DNA of 64,000 nucleotides from Antedon mediterranea (Eukaryota > Animalia > Echinodermata): the NCBI RefSeq assembly GCF_964355755.1, contig NC_092679.1:19141432-19205431 (forward strand), read 5' to 3'. How positions within the stretch are numbered: the first letter of the stretch is position 1; each line of letters opens with the position of its first letter. This document shows, one piece after another, positions 54,117 to 64,000 of this stretch. The position numbers and the translations under genes were made by a program. The notes beneath the pieces are model-generated. The model saw nothing but the letters and a program-made list of their open reading frames with translations. It made no database searches and was not told the DNA's origin.

Positions 54117-56990
54117 TTATATTCTTATATCATAATCTGCAATCTGTAGTTTGTCCAAGACAGCAGCCGTATCAATATCTTGCAGCTTTTCACTTGATGC
54201 CTCTTTCTTTGGTGTGCCATCCTTGGATTTGCTTTCTTTTCTGGGAGACAAGCTGTTTCTAACGTCTCGCTGCATTGCACCATAGCAGTTAGCTGCCATT
54301 TTAAACTGTTGAAAAAATTTATAACATTACCATTGTATATGTTCATGATTATGTAGAGTATAACATCTGAAGGAATGGGTTTTTAGCTACTATAATTAAC
54401 AAAGCAATTTATTTTTTAGTGTAATATAACTGCAATATTGTATTTTATTTTAATTGTGAAACATAGGGTGCATTCAGGCGTAGGTTCTGTTTGTACTCCA
54501 AAAAATTAACCCCAATTTCTTGGCAACAGAAACAGGACAAATTCTTAGTAATCGGTTAAATTGCATCCTAAAAATTATTTAAAAACACATCGATTCGATA
54601 TTTAATCAGTTATTGCTGTGCAACTTTTAGCTGCAACGCAAATTACGGTTATTTGATTGACAGCCGCTGACCTTACCACTGAAGTAACATTTGAATCAAT
54701 CGCCAGAACCCATTTTCGGTAAATGATTAAACGGTTATTTAGGAGACAAAATGCAGTCAATATAAACATATTTCTGATTTATTTTGAAATAAACGGTACA
54801 GTATTCTTCTTACCCTTCCTTTCATTTCCTTTGAAACCTTTTCAATATCTCTTCTCATTTCACTGGTAGATAATTTTACCATGTTCAAGGATAAATACTA
54901 CAGAAACAGAGAATTATTAAATAATTATTATATTAATTTACAAGTACAATATATTCAATTCTTTATTTAAACTACAAATTTTATTTTGCATCAAACAGTG
55001 TAACCGCTCTGTCCTGTTCTGTCTATTTTATAACTTACTTTCCATTCGATGGGGACATAGCTGAGTGGATCATGGGGTACTGGTAGACCAATTTTAACCT
55101 TTTGTACTACATGCCAATCTAAAAAAAATTATGAAAAGAAATATAGTATATTAAGTAAAGACTGTCTATAATGCAAATGTAGTTTTAAGATAAATTTGTA
55201 ATTGCAACTTAGTTATATCTTACAATTTCCATATGCTTTCACAAAATCCAAAACTAAGTCGGTTAAAGTCTGAAATAAATAAAATTGCAGAAAAAAAAAT
55301 GTAAAAGAAAGTTAGAGAAAGTTACACATTCCATGGTTTGGCAAGTATGAAAATTGGTGAATTACAGTACTACTTGAACTCCTCCTTCATGAAGTGCCCA
55401 TTTCAAACCAGAGACCAGTGCTTTTGTGGAAGAAAGGAAGCTCCTTTAAACATTTTCCCTATGTGCTTGACACTATGTCTTAGCTGTGTGTTCCCAAACA
55501 AGGCTTTCAGTACAGCCGGGCCGGGCCCGGCCCACTCTAAATTTCACAAATTTTACTGCAAAAGAAATTAGGTTCAACACTTCAGTTCACTACCTTTAGG
55601 CCCTGGAGACGCCACTGTCGCCAGGGGCCTAATTAATATGCCTCAAACGTGGCTGTTTAAACTTACTGTGAACACAAGCGGTTTGTCCATCAAATCTGAC
55701 CTTCGACTCATGCCCAGCGATCCGTACCGTCCATTGTAACGCACCCCTAACACAACATGGCGATGAGTTGTGCCGGAAAATTCTGTTTTAAAACTAAGTG
55801 GGAAGCGCTCAAGCCCTGATAATGAATTTGTTAAATATCTATAAATAGCAAATTAAGGTTTATACAAATGAAAATGTTTATATATAAATTAAATAAATCA
55901 TTCCATTTTTTAAAGTGCCATTCCAACAATTATTCCTCATATGTCAAAAAGAACAAAATTCAGATGAAGTGACTTAAACTGGCCAAAAAATGTCAAGTTA
56001 TGTAAAGCCAGATTCACAATTTAGAGAAATATAGTATTAAAAATATCGACAATTTATATTGTTTAATCTCAATTAAAACAATGTTATTAACCACTAGTAA
56101 TGTTTTGCTTTGGTCAATGATGGTATTTGGTTGAATGGTCAGTAAGTTGGACATTTATTAAAAAGGATACATTGCAAGAATAACAGCTTCAAGACATTTA
56201 ATTGGTAGTGATTCCTTGATCATTTCTTTGGCAGAATCCATCAACCTGAAAAAAATATATTATTAAACTTACACATTTTTTTACCACAATAAACAAGAAA
56301 AATGAGTTAGCAACAATCTGCTGGTAATTCTTACCCTGTTAATGGTCTATTTTTTCTGATTTCAAAAAATTGCGTACCTGTATGGTTATAGCTGACAAAA
56401 ATATTTAAGGACAAATTTGTTATTTTTTTATTTTTCACTTCATACAAATGCCAGTTTTTTAAATTACACGTGTGCGCAGGCCTAGATAGTACAAATTGGT
56501 AGGATACTGAAGATTCTTCATATAGGTTTGAACTGCTTTTATTTTTTCTGAAACTGTTGATCCTTCATGGAACGTTGGTACCACTGGTATCGGCACCTGA
56601 AAGGGAAATGATAATTTATTACATTTTTTATTTAAATTATCTAGTAAATTACTGTAGTATACTATTATTGACTTTATTGTGGTCCTGGTATTTTTTTTAT
56701 TTACACAGTATTTACGTATTCAAATGTTGCTACAGACCAGGCATTAATAATAATACCTTTGGTAAGTCCTTTGCATCCCTTATTTCATTAACCATGTCTT
56801 CTCCATCAGGGTGCTTTTTGGTTACGTCATTCCACATTCTTTCCCAAGTTTTATTTGAAACTGGAAAACCATCTTTGTTGACGTAAAATAACACGCCACT
56901 TTCTTCATTAAATTCTTCATCATTTTCCTCCTTTTCTTTATTAGATTTGTCACCTGACGAGTTCTTTAAAGATGTAGATATTGTTGACAT
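54117..56990 (-). CDS. VASH: Vasohibin (tubulin tyrosine carboxypeptidase, VASH1/2 pro-orthologue)
   Basis: Exons 56990-56757, 56596-56508, 56391-56335 ([19 protein letters not shown]), 56245-56171 ([11 protein letters not shown], catalytic Cys), 55838-55667 (RHVVLGV and GMSRR, catalytic His/Ser), 55269-55224, 55118-55039, 54897-54814, 54305-54117 (ends YDIRI). Confidence 0.95.
55839..56170 (-). other. U12-type intron 4 of vasohibin
   Basis: Minus-strand donor GTATCCTTTT; branch-like ACCTTAAT just upstream of the TAG acceptor. Confidence 0.88.
56392..56507 (-). other. U12-type intron 2 of vasohibin
   Basis: Minus-strand donor GTATCCTAC; branch TCCTTAAA about 13-20 nt upstream of the CAG acceptor. 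Confidence 0.85.
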
Positions 56991-57634
56991 AATAACTTTA
57001 AGTTTTTAAAGCCTATTATTTAGTAAAATATTCATTATGTTTACACCCCTTTTCAACACGGTTCTCGCATTTATTGTTTACTGTTTCCAACTAAACGAGG
57101 TTTGTTCACGTAGCAAGATTGTATTTTCTCCACAGAAAAAATACTAGTCGTTGGGGGAGTAAACAATAAAACGTGTACAATAAATTTCGAAAACAAAATA
57201 CTATGACGTTACGATTGATTAATTTTTCATTTGTTCATATTTATTTTTGTTTATTATTTGATCATTTTTTGAAGAAAAAAAATTAGTACAGCTGAGTAAA
57301 ATTCAATGTTGTTTGAGTCGATCTGAATATTCATTACTTTGATCAGTAAACCGTGACGAGTCTATGTATTTTAAATTTATTTAAATTTTGAACATAAAAA
57401 TGCGTCAAATTCGTAGAAATGTCGCTCTGTAAATCATGTCAACGCGAAATTTGATATAGCTAGACAATACATCTAACGCGTTTGACAGCGACTTCAACGC
57501 AGACAAATTTTGAACGCTTTATTGTTTTTTCGCGCCATTTGTCATTCGAGAAGTGGGAAGTTGATTGATCTTGACGTGACTGAGTTTTTGTTGAGAAATT
57601 TTTCCATAACGTTTTTGTTTTTCTAATTATCAAT
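56991..57634. promoter_or_regulatory. Divergent promoter region VASH / SIVA1
   Basis: 644 bp between ATGs. Forkhead-like TGTTTAC/GTAAACA x3 on the VASH side; E2F-like TTTCGCGCC at 57528 on the SIVA1 side. Confidence 0.55.
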
Positions 57635-60487
57635 ATGCCAAAACGTGCTCGAACTGAGGAAGAGTATGGGTACTGTCCACTACAGTTAAAGACTCATGTT
57701 GGTATAAAAGAAGTAAATATGGGAGTGAACAGTGAGAAAAATATGAAAGCAGTTTATGGTAAGAAGTGTGCTCTACGTCTAGCCTAGCTAGGCCCAGGCC
57801 TAGGCCTATCTCCTTTTCGCTTCGGCGGCCGTTTGGGGGACATGATGAGACAAGCTCCTGTGCGGATGTAGGCCCATTTATTGGCGTGGGGTCATTAGAA
57901 ACTTAGAGGCCTAATCTACTACACCATAACAATTAACATAGAGATATTATGTGGATGGATATTTTATAATTATAATTTGATTAGTCAATTCTTTACAATT
58001 ACGTTATTATAATATATAATTCTGTGGTTGTAAAAACGTTTAAAAAAATGATTTGATACGCAATAAATATAACGCCGTGGCTAAAGATACGGTACCGTAT
58101 CCTAAATTCCGTTTGCTTAAAGGTACGGTAAAATTGCATTACGTCATAATCAGCCAATGGGGTGCTGGTACTTGTGTGACATCATCGTATAAGGACTTTG
58201 GATTTTTTTTCATATCGCGAAAACAGTGATCAACCGGCGGCTTAACATTTTCTTTATGCTTCATTTATCGCTATTATCCCCGCCGTGTGACAAAAACTAA
58301 ATGTAGCCTAGCTAGGGCCTAGGCCTATGTCTGTTATTATTGATAGGCCAACATTTTAATTCTAGAATACAGAAATTGACCGTTTCAAAAGAAGCCTACT
58401 ACGTACTATAACCATGCTATAACCTATAGCCTCAGAATATGAGTTTGTTTGCCAGGCTGGGGCCAGCTGCATGTGTGTGCGCTGATTTCTGTGACTCAGA
58501 CCTGGGGCTAGGCCTATTGTCTAAATAATAGTATTTGAGGGCCCCTTTATTGTCCGCATTTGCTTTTTGTTTATGTTCACCATCTGTAATCAAAGTTTAT
58601 TAAAAAATATAGGCCTAAATAGCCCATTGAAATAAAAATAAAATGAATGAATGAAATAGTTTTTAGACGCAATATTTAATTATAATTCCTTTACTTCTAA
58701 TTTGGCTATCAACATATTTCTACTGTAGTGTATAATGTTGTATAATGAAATAATATTTGAGATTGAGTGCGTGTTTTAAACGCTTTATGTAACCTCCACC
58801 AACCACATGATCTTGCTCTTTTACTACAGCATCGACGTTGTCGCCCGGCCGTTATTACATTGCTAGGTCTAGCCCCGAGGCTGAGTCACAGAATCATCAG
58901 CGCACACATCCATGCAGCCTAGAGCGCCGCCGATAGGCATGCTCTACAGACGCGATGTGAAAAAAAAAACCAAAGTCCTTATACGATGACGTCAAACACG
59001 TACCAGCACCCTATTGGCTGATTATGACGTAATGCAATTTTACCGTACCTTTAGTAAACGGAAGTTATCTTTAGCCACGGCGTAAATATAAAGTTTACAG
59101 GGTCAGAGAGTACTCTCTGAATGTACTGTATAAATGAAATTGAAATAATATGCTTGTATTGTTATTACAGCTCACACAATGAATCTGATGCTACAAGGTC
59201 AGAAAGCCTACTATACCGGCGGTGGTCAGACAAACAACAACAATTATGGACATGGTTGCTCAGATGGTCATCCCCATCGTGATAGTGTTGGGCTGCAACA
59301 TGTGCAACCTGGTCAATTGCAACTCAATATGACCGGTCAATTAGGACTCAACAAACCAGAGGGAGAAGGTGATTTTTGTAAATAGTTTTTTAAAATCTCG
59401 CTAAAGATTGGTTCCCGCCTAGAGGAGGACGCAACGCAAGAACGGTTGAAAATGTAATGCAAGTGATTTCAACAATCACGATGCCATGGAAGATGATCGC
59501 GTCGTAATTGGTCAAATTACTTGCACTTGCATCCTTGTGTTGTGTCCTAGTGGGAGCCAAGCTTAAGGGGAGACGATTTAGTGAAAAGGTTAAGGTTCTT
59601 GGTTATTTGGTATATAGGTCCAGTAGTACTCAATTTTTCTTTGAAGGATTCCACAGTTTTTCTGGTATTTTGTTTTGCAACTTCTGTTTTTGTATATTTT
59701 CAAGAACCTTTTTTCATTAATAAAATGTGTTATTTCTCTTTTAGCAGCAGTGGCGTGTGGTGGACAAGTGGAAGCTTCATGCAGAGCATGTCTGACAGGG
59801 AGTGACCTGCGCGCCTTGAATAAATGCATACATTGTGAGCATTCCATGTGTCGGCCTTGTAGCAGACAATGTGACAATTGCTGTGGAACCTACTGCCAAT
59901 TCTGTACTGTATTAAAGTAAGTTCTTTAAAAAAACATGCATAGTGCAGGTGTGGTTAACGTGGTTTCCTTCCCAATTCCAAGGGCCCAGGATTCAATCCT
60001 GACCTAGTGCCAGGGTTGTAACTCACAACTCCCTAAGCCTCAAATGACGCATAGCATAAAAAAATAATAAAAATAGTTTTTCAATTCTGTAATTGGCGAG
60101 TTTGTGCTCGCTGTTAGATGCATATACAATTTTTAAAAAAATTAATGATATTGATTGTTGATAAATAACACAATGATAAAGTTTGGTAACAAATTTTATT
60201 AGTCCTTAAGTTTTATACCACCTTGTACATGACATGGAACTTTTTTTTTAAGAATGGGTCTTCCTTGTTTGGCTATCAGGTGGATCTATATGTAAAGTAT
60301 TTATTAATTTTAAAATGTAAATTAATTTTAAAGTTAATTACTGGTCACATTCTATGAAAGAGGGATAATCAATGCCAACTGATGAACCAGTCAATATTCC
60401 CATTTAATGTTCTTTAATAATTATCTTTATAGCTATGATGAGCGACATGAACGGATCTTTTGTTTGAGTTGTTTGCCGTTGAGGTAA
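57635..60487 (+). CDS. SIVA1: Apoptosis regulatory protein Siva
   Basis: Exons 57635-57758 (MPKR...PLQLKTHVG), 59171-59368, 59745-59916 (CRAC...CIHCEHSMCRPCSRQCDNCCGTYCQFC zinc fingers), 60433-60487 (YDERHERIFCLSC). The exon 3 acceptor is a TAGCAGCAG tandem. Confidence 0.88.
58073..59082. mobile_element. Mutator-like (MULE) non-autonomous element in SIVA1 intron 1
   Basis: About 140-bp TIRs (CGCCGTGGCTAAAGATA...), 9-bp TSD TAAATATAA (58064-58072, 59083-59091), plus an inner inverted pair 58467-58515 / 58864-58918. Confidence 0.85.
59945..60075 (+). mobile_element. Degraded tRNA-derived SINE
   Basis: GTGTGGTTAACG A-box-like and GGATTCAATCC B-box-like motifs followed by an A-rich tail. Confidence 0.4.
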
Positions 60488-61735
60488 TGTTGCGACTAAC
60501 AAAATGAGAACTTGATGAATTAAACTAAAAACATGACTGTCTGCAAATTTCAAATTTAAGAGGTTTCAAGACTTTTAGAGCTGTCAATCAAGAAAAATGA
60601 GGTGTCGTTGTGGATATACCCATCAATCAAAATAAATGGGTGTGGTTACTGGTTAAGGACAGTTAACAATTTGTCAATCAAGCAAAATGAGGCGTGGTTG
60701 TTGTGGATATCCCTGTCAAAATGGGCCGCCTTTCTGAAGATTTATCTTTTTGTATATAAGGATTTTGATAGTATTATTGCTGTAACCAAAGCTATGATTA
60801 TTTTTCTATTAACAAAGTCATTAGGGTTGTTCAATGTTTTTTTTTATAAATAATAGATAGTACTTTGTAATAATCCATATTTGATCTTGTACAATGTTGT
60901 AGTGTAAGTGTAGGCTAATACTGTAATAAGTGCTGTGTTGTATAGTGAGTAAATTTGTTATAATAATACTAGTAATAAAAATTAAAAAAATACTATAATA
61001 AAACCGTATTCTTGTACAATATTTATTTAGTGTAATTTGTGTAGGCTGATAAAAGTACTGTGTGGTATATAGTAAGTAAATTTGTTAATAATAATGATAC
61101 TGTACTACAATACTAGTACTAGTAGTGTACTATTCTTGTACAATATTGTGAATTGTAGTCAGTAGTGTAATTATAGGTTAAGTTTGTAAGTATTGTATAT
61201 ATTAGTCAGTAAATTTGTTCATGATAGTATTATCTGTAGTGAAAAAAGAACTCGTGTAAATTTGAATAAATTATTTTGTAACAACTACTCTACATGGTAC
61301 CGGATCATTTTTGTTTTAAAAAATAAAAGAAATCCTGGCTAAAATTAGATGAAAGGAAGTTTTATTACAGACTGTACTAAGAAGTTTTGTAATAATTTTG
61401 AGATCAGATTAAGAAATGAGGCAAGCAGTTATGATTCATAATTTCACCTTTTTTTGCATGAACAAAAGAAAGTTTGAACATTTTTGAGAGCATGTTTTAC
61501 TGAAAATAAAACATGGAGGGACCTGGAAATATGAAGGCCATCCAATCGGAATTGAGAAATCATCATGAACCCCAATTTGTATACCCCAATAATAGACTTT
61601 TATACAGATGTACTATGGTTGAAAAGTTGACCATGCTCGACTTATTCCATCATGGTAATGTATATCTTGTCAGCGACCATTTTGGTATATTTCGTATACC
61701 TCCTGCTTTAACGTGGTTATATCATTCATCGAAAC

Positions 61736-64000
61736 ATGGCCGCGGTGTTGGAACTCCTCTTCCGAAATAAAATTTATCCTATTGAAATTCTAGATTTTAT
61801 TGCAGGTAGAAATGTCAAGGTATGTTTCTTCTTTTTAATGTACGTTTGTTGATCAGCATATATGCAATTATGCAACAAATTACAACAAATAACAAATATT
61901 AAACTAGCTAGGCCTACGCCAAGCCTGTTTTTATTTTGGGCATCCAACCGTAATGACAGGGACTTGTTCGTTTTTTACCGCGTGGAAAAGCCGATGAACA
62001 AAGATTCTACCCTAACTAAGATGCTAGGCTAACTGTAGACATTGGATATGTATTGTTAGTTGTTATTTGTTGAATTAGGCTAAACAGAGTAAAAAATATG
62101 TTTTATGAATTTTGTTGAATATTTATGTTTGGTTATTGTTATTTATTTTGTATTTCTTTCTGAAAAACAACAAATATATTAAAATAATAATCAAATTTTT
62201 TAATATTCATTTTGTGTGTAAATAATCATAGACTGAAAAAACGAATCAGTTAAAAGAATTGCAGCTAGAATGCAACTTCCTGCCGTTCTTTCTAAACTAT
62301 TTGAGAGATAGTACAAGTCACCTCATCTGTTCTGTAAACTCTTCAACCAATACACCTGCCAAGACACCAACAAGTGCACAGAAGCTACGCCGAATAGTGA
62401 AGAACACGCCACAGAACTCTTCACAACGCCGTCGAGGAAATCGTACAAAGTTATTCAGTCCTAACGTATCGTCACAAACTGAGGGTTCTTTTCAACATTC
62501 AACTCCTGAAAATAACTTTTCTCCGTCTAATTTTTCGTGTAATACCTCGAGTAGCACCAGAAGCCAACAGAGCGGATCATCACAGGAGAGGTCAAGACGT
62601 GATGATAGGTCATGGAAAAAAGAAAGTCCGTCTCCTGGGTTTGTAACCCCCATCAAATCTGATTCCTTCACTTTGGCGCAGTTCCTTACACCAGATTCGA
62701 TGGGAAGACGCATGAAAACTAAAAGTCCTTCATTGTTAGATGGTGACAATCAAGAAACAGCTTTTAACTACCAGACTCCTCCCAGCGGATCTCACAAGAG
62801 ATCTGGAGGAAGAAAAAGTGGCGGGAGTGGAAGAAAGCCAAAGAATACTCCTCCGCAACATTGCATAGATGCACCAACTGATTTTAAACTTGACGCAGAA
62901 GATTTTCCTTCAATTGGTTCTGCCAAATCTGGCAAACCAAGGAGGATTACTCCGACACCAGTTAACAAAGAAGCAAGGAAAGTCAACAATGCTTTGTTTA
63001 CCATGCCTTCTGAAAGCAAAGGTAATGAAGCATTTCAGAATGCTGTCATAAGCCCTCAGAAGTCTTTGAAAGAGGAAAGAGAACTTCTTCGTCAGTTGAA
63101 AAGACGCGATTCACTGCCTCAAGAGGAAGGCGGAATGATGTCTCCCGGTAGAATGGTTCCAAAAACGCCAACCAAACCTCTTTTAAGACCCGCTGTTGGT
63201 GAGGTTATGGCTCAGCGTTGTCTGGTCACACAGTCGGATAAACTGGACATTTTAGCTGAACTGTATTCACGGTTTTTAAAAGGTATGGCTTTTTATTATT
63301 TCAGATAAACTACAGTAGAAAACATTTCTACAAATATACGCCACTTTGACTATTAACAAGAAAAAAGGTGTCAATAACTTAAATATGTATTGTCCTTAAA
63401 AAACATGAATAATGAAGATTAATACCAAAAGAATTTAAAAAGGCCATTTCGCAGTTTCAATAAATTTATCACATACGTAAAAAAAAATATATTTGATATT
63501 AAACAAAAACCTTTTGAATTTAAATTATGTTTTCAGGGTGACAATATATCTTTTGAATTTCCTATGAATAAGTGACCCACACTAAACTTGATTTTGAGAA
63601 AAAGTATACAGCATGTAATTAGAAAGATTATTCAGAGAGCTGACTGTGTTTCCATTTCTCTTTTAGAGTGTCTTATTCCAAACTTGCCATTAGAGATCTA
63701 TTTCTTGGTGCAGCTCCTGACATCACATGGACGTACTTCTGATGACGTCATTCCTGAGACCAGCGATCCTGAAGATACCAACTACCTCTCAACAGTACAT
63801 AACTGTGTTTACTTTGCTGTGAAGGTGTTGGAAGGCCAATCCCGGTAATTTATATATTTAAATATTGTTTCTTTATTTAGAAACTGACACATAAAGATCT
63901 AATCTGTATCTTGTTATCTATTTGAATTATTTTCTTATTTTCAGAATTTTGGCGCTTCTAGATGAAACAACGATGAAATTAATTTCTGAAAGCGACAGCA
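61736..64000 (+). CDS. CDAN1: Codanin-1, 5' part, continues beyond window
   Basis: Exons 61736-61819 (MAAVLELL), 62232-63282 (FLPFFLNYLRD; KPRRITPTPV ASF1-binding B-domain-like; SLKEERELLR; KLDILAELYS), 63667-63844 (LIPNLPLEIYFLVQLLT...HNCVYFAVKVL), 63945-end. Confidence 0.9.

Noticed and set aside
61513-61770. 85-aa ORF upstream of CDAN1
   Set aside because: No recognisable homology; overlaps the CDAN1 start in a different frame; most likely a chance promoter/UTR ORF.

Overview
AT-rich, intron-rich animal (eukaryotic) genomic DNA, most consistent with a marine invertebrate deuterostome such as an echinoderm; the taxon is an inference from gene content and repeat style. By following splice sites and reading frames by eye I reconstruct eight spliced genes: an ependymin-related secreted protein (minus, runs off the left edge), eIF3K, a 30-kb FBXO11, IFT43 (minus), arylsulfatase A, vasohibin (minus), SIVA1 and the 5' part of codanin-1. 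Six of them form three head-to-head pairs. Three U12-type (minor spliceosome) introns are visible, one in eIF3K and two in vasohibin. Introns are packed with non-autonomous DNA elements: about 25 copies of one Harbinger/Tourist-like MITE plus Ginger-like, Mutator-like, 5-bp-TSD hAT-like, Crypton-like and Helentron/HINE-like elements, SINE remnants and minisatellites. No transposase ORF, CRISPR array or prokaryotic system was found. The most unusual signal is a pervasive set of short TA-NNN-TA insertions (TACTGTA/TACAGTA, TACGGTA/TACCGTA, TAGGC(C)TA). Several are demonstrably insertions into repeat copies and resemble transposon excision footprints, and the motif classes appear partitioned between gene bodies and promoter-proximal regions. 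Most long ORFs in the supplied track are artefacts of repeats or of exons read into introns.
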